This document shows, one piece after another, positions 38,290 through 51,457 of a stretch of 64,000 bases of DNA. Position 1 is the stretch's first letter. Each line of letters starts with the position of its first letter. The DNA comes from the human T2T-CHM13v2.0 reference genome, Homo sapiens. The stretch lies in assembly GCF_009914755.1 (NCBI RefSeq), contig NC_060930.1; one strand, written 5' to 3'. A program made the position numbers and the translations under genes. The notes under the pieces were generated by a model, which was not told the DNA's origin, made no database searches, and was given only the letters and a program-made list of their open reading frames with translations.

Positions 38290-39694
38290 GAGATCTAATG
38301 TTTAGACATAGGCATTTAGTGGAATAAACTTTCCTCTTAACCCTGTTTTTACTGCATTCCAGAGATTTTGGTATGTTGTGTCTCTGTTTTCATTTATTTC
38401 AAAGAATTAATTTTCTTGTTTGCCCAAAAGTCATTCAGGAGCAAGTTAAGTGTATTTTTGTTGTAGCAGGTATCATTCTTTCATTTAATTTCCATCTAAT
38501 TGTGTGGTTTTGAGAGACCTTCTTGGTATTGATTTCTATTTTTATTCCACTGTGTTCTGAGATTATCGTTGTTGTGTTTTCAATTTTTTAAATTTGTTGA
38601 AACTTGCTTTATGGCTGGGTATGTAGTCAATCTTAGAGTATTTTCCATGTGCAGATGAGAAGAATGTATATTGTATAGTTAATGGTGGAGTATTCTGTAG
38701 ATGTCTGCTAGGCCTAGTTGGTCAAGTGTTGAGTTTTTAAGTCCAGAATGTCTTTGTTAGTTTTCTGCCTAAATGATCTGTCTAATGCTGTCAATGGGGT
38801 ATGAAAGTCCCCTGCTATTACTGTGTGGCTATATAAGTCTTTCCATAAGTCTAGAGGTATTTGCTTTAGGAATCTGGATGCTCCATTGTTGGGTGCATAT
38901 ATATTTAGGATAGTTAAGATTTCTTGCTGAATTGAACCCTTTATCATTGTGTAATACCCTTCTTTGTTTTTTTCTACTGTTGTTGGTTTAAAGTCTGTCT
39001 TATCTGATGTAAGAATAGTCACCTCTGCTCCTTTTTGTTTTCTGTTTGCATAGTAGATCTTTCTCCAACTCTTTAAGCTCATGGGTTTTTTTTTTTTTTA
39101 TGTGTGAGATAGGTTTCTTGAAGACACCAGATAGATAGTTCTTACATTTTGTTTTTAATCAAACTTGCCACTCTGTGCCTTTTAAGTGAGGTGTTTAAAC
39201 CATTTACATTCAAAGTTAATACTGAAATGTGACATTTGATCCTATCATGAAGTTCCTAGCTGGTTGCTTTGTAGTTTATATTGTGTGGCTGCTTTATAGG
39301 GTCTGTGGGCTATGTATTCAAGTGTGTTTTCATGGTAGGAGGTATCATTCTTTCATTTCCATGTTTAGAATTCCCTAAAGGATCTCTTGTAAGGCCAGTC
39401 TAGTGGTAAATAATTCCCTTAGTGCTTGTTTGTCCAGAATATATTTTATTCCCCTTTGCTTATGAAGCTTAGTTTGGTGGGATATGAAATTCTTGACCAG
39501 AATTTCTTTTATTTAAGAATGCTGAAAATAGGTCCCCAGTCTCTCCTGGATCATCAGGTTTCTGCTGAGAAATCTGTTGTTAGCCTGATGGGGTTCCCTT
39601 TGTACATAATCTGACTTTTTTCTCTAGCTGCCTTTAAGATTGTTTCTTTAGCATTGACCTTGGACAGTCTTGTGGCTATATGCCATGGTGCTCT

Positions 39695-40090
39695 GAATGC
39701 CTGGAGATCTGTCTGGGCCTGAAGCAGGCAAGGCCTCTCTGCACTGGGATCTCTACACAGGAAGGGTGGGGTGAGTCAGGCTGCTGATTCAGGTGAGCAG
39801 GTGCTTCAGGTACCTGGAGATCTTTCTGGGCATGAGCAGAGAGAGCCCTATTGCACCATAATCTATGTCCAGGAAGGGTGGGGCAGCTCAGGCTGCTGAA
39901 CCAGGCAAATGACTACTTTAAATGCCTGGAGAACTGCCTGAGTGTGGAGCAGAGAGGGCCCCCTGCACCAGATTCTCTGCACAGGAGAAGTGAGTCAGGT
40001 CAGGCTGCTGACCAGATGAACTGATGCTTTAAATGCCTGGAGATCTGCCTGGGGGTGGAGCAAAGAGGGCTCTGCTGCACCTCAATCTCA
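39695..40090. repeat. About 112-bp tandem repeat (about 3.5 copies) in the old L1 5' region
   Basis: 'cctggaga' anchors at 39700, 39813, 39925 and 40036, each followed by similar sequence. Confidence 0.9.
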
Positions 40091-40934
40091 GGGGAACAGG
40101 CTGGAACACCCAACAATGGCACATGCAGACAGGTTCTGGGTTACCAAGTTGGCCCTGGCTGCAAATCTCCCTTCCTGGGAGAAACTGCAACTGTAGCAGC
40201 TCTCTTCCCACTCCAGGCTGTGATAAATGAGAGCCCAATTCCAGCATCTATTGCTGAGATGTTCTCCAGCAGTAAGTGCTGCTGGAAAGGCTGTGAAGGC
40301 CCCTACCTCACTCCAGAACAGGTGCTTCAGTCTCTGGCCGGAGACTAAAATGTCTGTGTTGCCACACTGCTGAGTCATCACAAAATGGCTGATTTTGCAT
40401 GCACCCATATTTAAAAAGGTATCCTGCTCTTGGTCACAGGTCTGGGAAAATGTCTGCAGCATTTCCTGGTGTCTTTCCCTCACAACGTCTCCAAGCCTTC
40501 CCCTAAGTTAGCTTTAGGGGTTGGGAAAAACAAAGTACTGTCCCTTGGTCTGGGTTGCTTGGATCCCCAGTGGAAAAGTAAGTCACAGAGAGAGGCTAGA
40601 GGCTCTCTGCCTCTCTCATATACTGGGGCTTTACTCACTTCATCAGCCAGTTGCTATCATGAGGGCTGTTTGTTGGTATTCTCCTGCCCATGATCTGGAG
40701 TGTCCTTCACAATTCCCATGTATTCCTACTTTGCTTCTTGAATTAAAGCTCACAGAGTTGATGTTTATGCATTATCTTGCTATTTCTAAGTGGCTGAGGC
40801 ATGCTAAAAGCCTCTTAATCTACATCCTCAGATTGCCTTTAAATGAGGTAAATGTACGTGTTTGGGACAATGCCAGGCACATAGTAGTCACTTAATAAAT
40901 GGTAGTTTTAAATTAATTACGTAAGAACCACTCA

Positions 40935-41075
40935 TAATAAATAAAATAAGACCTCCAGAATTCAAGCTTCCTGAGGGCAGGGGGTTTTGTCTGTTTTGTT
41001 CACTGCTATATCCTCAGTGCCTAGAACAATGTCTAGCACATATTATAATATGTATAATAAATATTTGTTGGATGC
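40935..41075 (+). mobile_element. L2 3' end
   Basis: 'aagcttcctgagggcagggggttttgtctgttttgttcactgctatatcctcagtgcctagaacaatgtctagcaca...aataaatatttgttggatg'. Confidence 0.9.
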
Positions 41076-41099
41076 ATTAATAGGCAGACCACTGAAAAC

Positions 41100-42050
41100 C
41101 CCAGATTAATAAGATAACTGTGTAGTTATTAGTCAACAAACACCTGAAAAAGTATCCAATCTCATTGTATCAAATAAATTAATATTACAGCCAAATAGTA
41201 TACCCACCTCCACCTTCTCACTGGCCTTCCACACAGTAATTATCTATGTTTACCAGACTGTAGTTAAATGAATACTTCATGCATAGCCTGTGGTAGTATA
41301 AATCAGTATAAACCTTTTGAAAAACATGTTAGAATGAATTAAGAGCCTTAAAAATGCTCATATCACATGGATTCTATAATATTCCTTCTCACATATATTA
41401 TCAAATAATAATCCTGTGACTTTGGAGGCTGAGGCAGGGAGATGACTAGAGGTCAAGAGTTTGAGACCAGGCTGGGCAATATAGTGAGACCCTGTTTTTA
41501 CAAAAAAAAAAAAGTAAAAATTAGCTGGATGTGGTGGCATGTGCCTATAGTCTGAGCTACTTGGGAGGTGGGAGAATCACTTGAGCCCAAGAGTTGTAAG
41601 TGAGGCACGATTGCACCACTGCACTCCGGCAACATCCTGAATGAAAAAATAAAGAAATAAAAAGAATCCTAAATATGAAAAAGATTGCTCTACAAAGGTA
41701 TATGCTATGGCATTATTTACAGTAGGAAAAAAAGCAAAAACTACCTAAGTGCAGGAACATGGTTATAAATTATGCTACATTTATTGGACACAATATTTTA
41801 CAACTATTAAAGCTGTTTTTGGAAATATAATGATACTGGAAAAAAGGAAAATACAAAATTTGTATATATACAAATGTATACACATGTATGATATACATAT
41901 TATTCTGTGCTGATAGTTATATAAAGAGTAAGATGAATAGAGAAGGTAATACACAAATTGTACAAGTGGTTTTGCTTGGGACCACAGGAAATTACTATTC
42001 TGTCTTTTGCTTACCTTCTGAATTTTACAGATTTTCTTTAATGAATACAT
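41100..42050 (+). mobile_element. Old L1ME-type 3' fragment
   Basis: 'gtagtataaatcagtataaaccttttgaaaa...aattaagagccttaaaaatgctcatatc...ggttataaattatgctacatt'. Confidence 0.65.
41409..41665 (+). mobile_element. AluJ, 5'-truncated and degraded
   Basis: 'ggaggctgaggcaggg...gagtttgagaccaggctgggcaatatagtgagaccc...gaatcacttgagccc'. Confidence 0.88.
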
Positions 42051-42055
42051 ACTAA

Positions 42056-42368
<313 letters not shown>

Positions 42369-42971
42369 CTATAAAGCAGTGATTTTTCAGAAAAGCTCCT
42401 TTTCTTTCTTTTTTTTGTTATTAAAGAGTATATGAAAGGTTTTTGACTTGGGATCTATACAAAAATAATATAAATAAGCCCACCTAAAATATTGAAGGAG
42501 ATGTTATCATTGGTTAAAAAATTTAAAAGACTGGTTTGCCATCCCATTCTAAACTACCATATGTACAAAGAAATTTTTACAACCTCTGAACTTTAAATGT
42601 ATATATTTTTGTTTTCCTGTTTTCTTAATCACACGAAAAATATGTTCCCTTCCAGGTGGTAAGCTGTTAAGTCAGGAGGTTTTTTTTGTTATTTTTAACT
42701 ACATATACCGTAACATTTTTTTCAATAAAAAATTGAAAATGAATACATTAGACTTCATATTTGTCTTCAGTGAGTTTCATAATACTTTTCTAAGTTTGTG
42801 AAACATAGTTATTTATTTTCTAAATAAATGTTAGAAGCACTCCAGGAGAAGGAGAAAGACTTGATTTAGGCATCTATTGCACAAGCATCTGTGACCATGA
42901 AAATTTTTTTAAATGTGGAAAAACATCACTTGAGAGTATTGTTGAAATGAATATGATAGAGTGTGAATTTC

Positions 42972-43469
42972 TGAAAATGGTCCAACTGTCCCATAGAACT
43001 GATGTTTATGTTTGCTTTGGAATAAACATAGAAATTGACCCTCCCAGTCTCAAAATGTGAGAAACTTACATTTGTCTTATCTGAGTCCCTTTCTCAGGAA
43101 ATCAACAATTAGACCTCCCAGAGAGTATCAAGGAACTGAAACTTATCAGATTATATTTGAACAATGAGACACCAGACCCCTCACCCATCATGACCACCCA
43201 CTAACCAACCACTTGCGTCCTGCTGACCAACTCCTATTCCTTACTCCTTCCTAATTTCTATTTTCCCACACACAGTTACATTTCTTCCCTGCTACATAAA
43301 CTCCTAATTTTCATTGGTTGAGGAGATGGATTTGAGACTGATTTTGCTTCTCCTTGGCTGTAGCACTCAAATAAAGCCTTCTTCCCTGTCAATACTTGTT
43401 GTCTCAGTGATTTGCTTTCTGTGTGGTCAGGAGCAGGACCTAAACTGAATCCCTAGTGTTTTGGTAATG
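42972..43469 (+). mobile_element. 5' LTR (LOR1-like)
   Basis: 'tgaaa...gtcccatagaactgatgtttatg...aataaacatagaaattgaccctc'. TATA-like 'tacataaa' at about 43293 and AATAAA at about 43370. Confidence 0.9.
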
Positions 43470-43474
43470 GATTT

Positions 43475-43492
43475 TGGTTTCCTGACTGGGAA
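43475..43492 (+). promoter_or_regulatory. Retroviral primer-binding site, tRNA-Glu(CTC)
   Basis: tggtttcctgactgggaa versus TGGTTCCCTGACCGGGAA (complement of the tRNA-Glu-CTC 3' end) is 16/18, and both mismatches are C>T. It lies just after the 5' LTR. Confidence 0.8.
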
Positions 43493-44796
43493 CATGTTGC
43501 TTGTTGCTCAGCTGCCATGGGCTGAGTTTAAGCAGTCCTCCTAAGCAGCTTCCTAACTCTTTTTTGTCTAGAGGTGGGTCTCAGTCTCCCTCTCTCTGGC
43601 CCCGCCACTGCTGGCCCAACCATACTCCTGATTGCTAACGAAAAACAGCCTTTGAAACTTGTCATGTGCATCTAGATGATCAATTGTCTTTTGTGGGCCC
43701 AGAGAGTGGGATCTTCTCCTCTCAGTTTGGGACATTCCAAAGGAATTTCAATTTGCAGACTGAACAAGCTCAACTGAGAGAGGAAAGTACGCTGACTGTT
43801 TCAGTTTGGACATCCATGGGGCTTGTTGATGCAGTAGTTGGATTGTGTTTTGGTGATTGCTTGCTAATATGCATGCATCCATATAGTTATGGGAAATCAG
43901 AAATTGATAAACTATTTTTTTTCATAATATTGTTTGGCCCCAATATACTTTGGAATCTGGAGAAGTTTGGCCTCTCCGTGGGCTTCATTTTGCTATTGAA
44001 TGGGAAAACGAGATGGAATTCCATGTGCTTAGGCTTTATGCTGCTGTTCTAAACAGAGTTGAGTCTGGTTAGTACATGATATTCTTTAGCGCTGTTTGTC
44101 CCCAGTGTTCTTTGGAGTCTGGGGAAGTTTGGCCTTTAAAAATCAAACTGCCATGGAAACTGCCCCAAATTTTGGTTCACAAATTTGATTTTATTTGGGG
44201 CTTCGTTGAATTACCTACTGGGGCAAATAAAGTTTAGCTATGTAAACATGTTTGTAGACTGAGTTTGCATTTCTATCTTATTACTAAAGTTCCAAGCTAT
44301 TGGATTTTTGTGTGCATGGGGTGTATACATGTTTAGATATGTTTATGTGTATGGACATTTATTATATTAGATGTCATGTCTACCAAATTTGGTTTATAAG
44401 TAAAAGAATACTCATAGGTTAGGTAAATAAGTCCAAGCAATTTTTAAGTTTACCTGACTTAAATAAATCTTTAATAAATAAGCTGGCTTTGAAATTATTG
44501 GTAAAATAAAAATAGAAATGTCTTTGGAATTGTCAGCATACATTTTTGTCTGGATTCATATTTGCCTGTGCTAGACATTTTGAAGTGTCAGAGTTTGTCA
44601 CAGAAGGTTATAAAACTATTAACCCAGCCAAAACAAAATGATTTTTATGTGACTTTTTTGACAAATAAGACAAAATTAATGTTGTTTAATAAAAATAGCT
44701 GAATCTGCTATTGGCAAAAATACTCATGTATTTAAGTTTAAGTACTTACTTAGGTGAATACCTGATATTTGCAGACTGTTTAAAATTGGTTAACAA

Positions 44797-45098
44797 GGCT
44801 GGGCACGGTGGCTCACACCTGTAATCCCAGCACTTTGGGAGGCTGAGGCGGGCAGATCACCTGAGGTCGGGAATTCAAGACCAGCCTGGCCAACATGGTG
44901 ATACCCCATCTCTACTAAAAATACAAAAAATTACTGGGGCACAGTGGTGTGTGCCTGTAGTCCCAGCTACTTAGGAGGCTGAGGCTAGAGAATCACTTGA
45001 ACCTAGGAGGTGGAGGTTGCAGTGAGCCGAGATGGCACCACTGTACTCTAGCCTGGGCAACAGAGTGAGACTCTGTCTCAAAAAAAAAAAAAAAAAAA
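44797..45098 (+). mobile_element. AluS inside provirus
   Basis: Full dimer with poly-A tail. Confidence 0.95.
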
Positions 45099-46822
45099 GG
45101 TTATGAAGGAACTAATTTGAAATTATGACTAGCTTTGTCAAATATGTCAGTTTTCAGAAGTAATCGAGATAAACTGTTTTTCAAAATGAAAAAAATGAGT
45201 AATGTAAATGAGATAAATGCTTGTAGGTAAACTTTTTGTGGAATTTAAAATGTTAAAATTACTTTTGTTGCTCATTGGATGCCTGGGTCATTTCCAATTA
45301 AGAAAGGGTTTGTATATGGGGAAATATGTTTTTTAAAATTGTGGAAAGTTCTCATGTAAAAAATACTAATATCTGATAGTTCAGAATTTCATGCTTCCTA
45401 GTCCAAGAATGTCATGTGTGGTCTGTGTAAGTCACATTTTGTCCTGTTTGTCTTTGTGTCTATCTTCATCCACAAACAGAGAAAATAGAAAGTTGGAAAA
45501 GTTTAGATAGTAAAATATTTTTTTAAATATGATAGAAAATTAGATAAATGTGGCTAATTAACGTTGCTCATAAAGCTCATAGTCTTCATGCTGGTAAAAC
45601 GAGAAATATTGTAAAGAAATACATTGGCAGTTTGGTAATTGTTTTTTTAACATAGTTAAATATGAAGCCAGATTTAGCATGAAGCCAAATTTCACATAAA
45701 TGCTTGCATTGCTTTGTTCCACACTGTATTAGCTATTCTGCATGGATAGGACTAGCACTAAAATATTTACTGGTCACATGCCTGAAGTAAATTTCTTAAT
45801 TGTGCAAATTGTATGGTAGTGCTGGTGGATTTAAGTTTGTATATCAGGAATTTGTATATCAATAATAAAATATCCATCATGTGTTTTGTTTTTGGTTTTT
45901 TGTTTTGGAGTTTTTTAGGCTCTGGTAACACTGTAATCTCCAAGGTAAACTGAATGGGAGAAAAATTGGGGGTTGGTTTCCTATTTATTTGATTTTGCTC
46001 TTAATTTTTAGTTATTTGTTGTTTGTTCTACTTTGGGCTTTACTTGTACATACATATATAAAACCATTTTTTTTGTTTGTTTCTAATGGAAAGCTTGTAT
46101 TTGGTTCTATGAATAGTCATTTTGTTTCCTATGCATTTCCAACAAGTCATCATTTGCTCTATTTATCTAAAATTCCTAAGCTAACTTTGTCAAGCTACCA
46201 GAAAATGACAGTGCACGCCAGCTATTTAAAATTGGATCAGTTTTGCTTACCTCTGATGATCTAGAGAGCCATCAGAGCTTTAAGGTTATGGCAAAAAAAA
46301 AAAAAAAATAGAAGACTTATTTTTATAAGTTCTGAATAGAAATAGTACATAATTCATTTTGTTATTTTGAAAAGTAAGTGAGAATAGAAATGTTTAAATG
46401 GTGTTTATTTGTAAGGTAATTCAGTTCAATCAATAATTTGAGTTGGTTTCAGGTCTTTTCCTTTAGGTAATGAGGAAAACCTGTGGAAACTGTGATATGG
46501 ATACAAAGTTCTAATGTTCAGGAAATATTGGCCTTGTCCTTAAGAAAATTACATTGAGGAGGATTTCTCTCGAATTACTTTAGTTGTGTTTATCATTATT
46601 AAAATTAAGTGAAATTCACTTGGATTAAGTAGTAATAAAAAAGTGGCACTTTCTAGTGATTTTTGATCCCATGCCTTTTATCACTGTTGAGCCTTCATGT
46701 GTGTACTTAAAAACAAAATATGTACAAGTGTTGCACTTGTTTGAAGATTCTAGTGTTGAAAATCACATAATCAGTAGTCAGTACTGTATCTAAAAACCAA
46801 TCTTGGAAATGTATAATGATAC

Positions 46823-47114
46823 TTTTTTTTTTTTTGAGGTGGAGTCTCACTCTGTCACCAGGCTGGAGTGCAGTGGCATGATCTCAGATGATTGCGACCC
46901 CTGCCTCCCAGGTTCAGGCAATTCTGCTGCCTCAGCCTCCTGAGTAGCTGGGACTACAGGCACACGCCACCACTCCTGGCTAATTTTTGTATTTTTAGTA
47001 GAGATGGGTTTTCACCATGTTGGCCAGGATGGTCTCGATCTTTTGACCTCGTGATTCGCCTGCCTCGGCATCCCAAAGTGCTGGGATTACAGGCCTGAGC
47101 CACTGCACCCGGCC
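46823..47114 (-). mobile_element. AluSc-type inside provirus
   Basis: 'gtcaccaggctgg' and 'ggccaggatggtctcgatc...gacctcgtgat', with TSD aatgatact. Confidence 0.93.
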
Positions 47115-49315
47115 AATGATACTCTTAAAACAGCTGAAAAGAAATGGTTGTGTGCTTGTTCTTACTTTGTTTTGTCGTATAGTATTTAAACAAAAGGAGA
47201 TTATCCTCATTCTGAGTTTCCAAAACTGAATTTTTATTTACCATTTTTTGGATGAAGAAAAGCTAATTCCTTTATTTTGATAAGTTTGACATAAGACCTA
47301 TCACATTTCTTATGCTTTTGGTCAGAGTTTTGTCACTAGAATACTAGCAATTAGACATGTGCAAGGAGTAACCTAACCACTTTAATACAGTGGTTTGAAG
47401 TGATGGAGGCAGTAACTAGTAGACACGAAATCACAGTGTTTTAACTTGTGATATGTTAGCATGATAGGACTTTCTGCAGTATAAATATCATATTAACTAA
47501 TCCTTTTGCTAAGTTAAGGTTTTGACTGTTGGGTGTGAAAAAGGCACCAACTCCTGCTAACTCTTGAGCATTGACACTAGTCAAAGCCTCATCTTCTGAC
47601 CCTGGAGAAGGTGACAATCAAAATGAATTGCTTTCATGAGACACAGGGCCAGAAATTTTTAAACTATTTAATCCCTCTAGGCCCAGAGACTATCATGGAA
47701 GAAGTGGGCAGTTGAGATTGTAAGGGCCAACTTTGAGATAAAATTAGGTAAGAGTTTTTCTATAAATTAAACATTAATATTGAAAGCACACTGATGCAAG
47801 GCCAGTATCTGGGCCCCTGTGTCAGAATAACAGTTTTCTTGGATCATTGATCTGTTCTTTAATAGAAAATTGTAAAAGATTATAAAAGTTTATGGAAATC
47901 ATATGTTATGGTCAAACTGATTAAAATTAGATTTGTTTATAAGGTTTTATAGAAATTAGCTTTAACATTAATAATACACTATATAAAGGTAAAATTTGGT
48001 TTTCTCTTTTGAACAAAATTTCTGTGAAATATTAAGAGATGATAAAATATTTTTTGTTTACCTTTTGAGTAAACTGCAGGAAAAAATGAGGGGAGAGAGA
48101 CAGATTTAGTTTGCCGCATGCTGTCTTTATTAAGTCTTATTGTTTGAGAAACTGAGTCTCTATCTATCAAAGAGGAAACATGTTTGTTTAATCATTTTGG
48201 CTAAATGACTATTTTATAGTGACCTGTGATCCTATTTTGTGATATCAAGTGTCTTAAATCTTTGATACTTGACAAATTTTCCAAAAGCAAAATTTCAAGT
48301 GCTAAATTCAGTCTTTTTTTTTTTTTTACCTCAAACTAACTTTTTTTTGGATAGTGGGTCCTCTGAAGTCCAACAGAGACATATTAGGTTTATTTGGTAT
48401 GTTAGAACTATACAGGAAACATTGTCAAATGTAAGGTGGTGTTTACCTTTGTTTGAGCTATAGATCTATCTATAGATGTACTGTTAATATGTGTTTCAGG
48501 ATTGTATGAGATTCCTGAAATTCTGATATGCTTTAATATATGTTGTCAGTATGTCACAGAAATAACCAAATTTTCTGGTCAATTGTGTATTTAATTATGG
48601 CCTAAAACTTTTGTCATCCACAGTTGTTTTGCTTTGATTCTTCTCAAAAGCAGCTTGCAATCAGCCACAGACCAGAGCTTGCTTTTTTTGGGAGAGTTCA
48701 TGAAAAGGACTCTTGAATGCAGGTTTCTAATAACTTTGGAGGTTGTGCCATTGAACTACAGAGAAAACTTCCAGGACTTCAAATTTAAAGGTGGATGTGT
48801 TCACAAAGATTGCTAACCCAATATGAAACAGAGCAGGTGTTTAGCATGGACTGAGCTAATAATGGAGGACTGAAATAAATTTTTATGGCTTTTTGTGTGT
48901 TTGTTTAAAACATTGCTGATTTATTTTGTTTCATTTTTCAGAGTATGGAGAACTTTTTTCCTTTTGAGCTACCCATAGCTTTTAACAATTGAGTAGAGTA
49001 AGTCCTCTGAACAAAATTTGAGATTTCTCTCTCTCTGCCTGATTTCTCCAGAATTCAGCAACTATTTGTGAATATTCTTAATTCACAGCAATGTGGTTGC
49101 TTGCATAATTTCAATAAAAATCTGTTTTATTTTATAATAGGACACAGTTGGAGGAGCTGGTTATTTTCCCAGGGCTTTGAGTGGAATGGCATGTTTTCAG
49201 ATATGAGCAGATTGATTTGAGAAACTGACTTTATAGAGCCAATGAGAATCCCTTAGCAGGACTGCCTCATACCTTGCCTATGCAGTTCCTTCACAGGGTT
49301 CCTGGCCTGTGGTAA

Positions 49316-49659
<344 letters not shown>

Positions 49660-50161
49660 TAGAGTGCCACTTTCTGACAGGCCCATGAACTTCAAGTTGT
49701 TCTGAGGCCTCATGAAGAGAGGGATTTTCCAAATCCATGTAGGTATCTGCAAGTGCAGATGCATCTTTGGCTTGGCTCAAGAGGCTATTGGAGGTTAAGT
49801 CTGAGATTCTTTGTGAGAGGTTCCAGCAAAGCCACTTTAGGAGATCTTATATTGACAGTGATTCTTGCTGCACTTTGTGTGGGTAATCCGGTCAAGTATA
49901 GTGGGACTGAAGCTTATTTTGCAGGTAGGTTGGTCCTGCTGTGATTCATCTTTGGTGGAACTAGAGGACTAGAGAGAGAAAGATTGTGTTTCAAAAGAAA
50001 ACTCTAGCATTAGATTAACCTTTGATTGTTGGGTGGCCATGTGTTCACCTATGATATAGAGCTGCCTATGATAACCCTCCTCAGCATGAAGCAGCCAGAG
50101 ATATTGACAACCAGATTCCCCAGGATTGAGGAATTTACTAACATAAATATAAAAGAGGGAC

Positions 50162-50659
50162 TGAAACCAGCCCAATTGTCCCACATAACTGATATTTATG
50201 ATTTCTTTGGAATAAACATAGAAATTGACCCTCACAATTTTAAAACTTGAGAAACTTATATTTGTCTTAATCTGAGTTGCTTTCCCAGGAAACCAACTAT
50301 CAGTTCTGCCACAGAGTATCAAGGAACTGAAACTTACCAGATCACCACATTTGGATAATGAGACACCAGGCCCCTTGCCCATCATGACTGCCTAACCAAC
50401 CACCTGCTTCCTGTTGACCAACTCCTCTACCTTACCCCTTCCTAATTCCTGTTTTCCCTACACAGTTACATTTCTTCCCTGCTACATCAACTCCTAATTT
50501 TAGTCAGTTGAGGAGATGGATATGAGACTGATCTCTCATTTCCTTGGCTGTAGCACCTGAATGAAGCCTTCTTCCCTGGCAGTACTCATTGTCATAGTGA
50601 ATGGCTTTCTGTGTGGCAAGCAACAGGTCCTAGACCAAACTCCTGGTGTTTCATTAGCA
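50162..50659 (+). mobile_element. 3' LTR (LOR1-like)
   Basis: TG...CA termini, colinear with 42972-43469 and preceded by the polypurine tract. Confidence 0.92.
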
Positions 50660-50799
50660 TTTCCAAAGATAGCTGAAAGAGATGTAAGGTGACTGTGGCA
50701 GTGCCTCAGAACCAGCAGAAACAGCAGCTTTGTGGATATTCACAAGTAGCCCATCAATCACCACGTAGAGCCAATAAGTACAAAACTGAAATCAAATTA

Positions 50800-50989
50800 T
50801 TATTCCAACAAAGTTGCTATGTTTTCTATAGATCCTTTGATCCTTTTGGATATTTTTATGTTTACAGTTGTGTCATTTGCAAATAATCAGAGTTTTATTT
50901 CCTCCTTTCCAATCATTATAAAATTTGTTTGTTTTTTATGCCTTATTGACTGGCTAGGATCTTCAGAACAATGTTAAATAAAAGTGGTG
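50800..50989 (-). mobile_element. Old L1M fragment (target of L1PA4; resumes at about 57147)
   Basis: 'gtcatttgcaaataa...ttcctcctttccaatc...ttattgactggctaggatcttcagaacaatgttaaataaaagtggtg' is antisense L1 ORF2. Confidence 0.8.
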
Positions 50990-51097
50990 GAGGGGTGGAG
51001 CCAAGATGGCCAAATAGGAACAGCTCCAGTCTACAGCTCCCAGTGTGAGCGACACAGAAGACAGGTGACTTCTGCATTTCCAACTGAGGTACCGGGT

Positions 51098-51457
51098 TCA
51101 TCTCACTGGGGAGTGCCAGACAGTGGGTGCAGGACAGTGGGTGCAGGAGAGTGGGTGCAGCACACCATGCATGAGCCGAAGCAGGGCGAGGCATCCCCTC
51201 ACCCGGGAAGTGCAAGGGGTCAGGAAATTCTCTTTCCTACTCAGAGAAAGGGGTGACAGACGGCACCTGGAAAATCGGGTCACTCCCATCCCAATACTGC
51301 GCTTTTCTAACAGGCTTAACAAACAGCACACCAGGAGATTATATCCCGCACTTGGCTCAGAGGGTCCTACGCCCATGGAGCCTTGCTCATTGCTAGCACA
51401 GCAGTCTGAGATCAAACTGCAAGGTGGCAGCAAGGCAGGGAGAGGGGTGCCTGCCAT
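51098..51457 (-). CDS. L1 antisense ORF0, open for 119 codons; expression unknown
   Basis: ATG at 51457. MAGTPLPALLPPCSLISDCCASNEQGSMGVGPSEP... matches the recalled ORF0 start MAGAPPPASLPPCSLISDCCASN. Confidence 0.6.
   Translation of the reverse strand: MAGTPLPALLPPCSLISDCCASNEQGSMGVGPSEPSAGYNLLVCCLLSLLEKRSIGMGVTRFSRCRLSPLSLSRKENFLTPCTSRVRGCLALLRLMHGVLHPLSCTHCPAPTVWHSPVR

Noticed and set aside
43475-43492. tRNA gene
   Set aside because: Only an 18-nt complement of a tRNA 3' end (the PBS), with no cloverleaf or A/B boxes.
43666-44052. 128-aa ORF after the PBS as a possible gag
   Set aside because: It has a non-ATG start and no Met-Gly myristoylation, major homology region or CCHC motif that I can recognise.
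49969-50385. 138-aa minus-strand and 74-aa plus-strand ORFs at the provirus 3' end as env or accessory genes
   Set aside because: They cross the LTR boundary and show no env features such as CX6CC, a furin site or a transmembrane segment.
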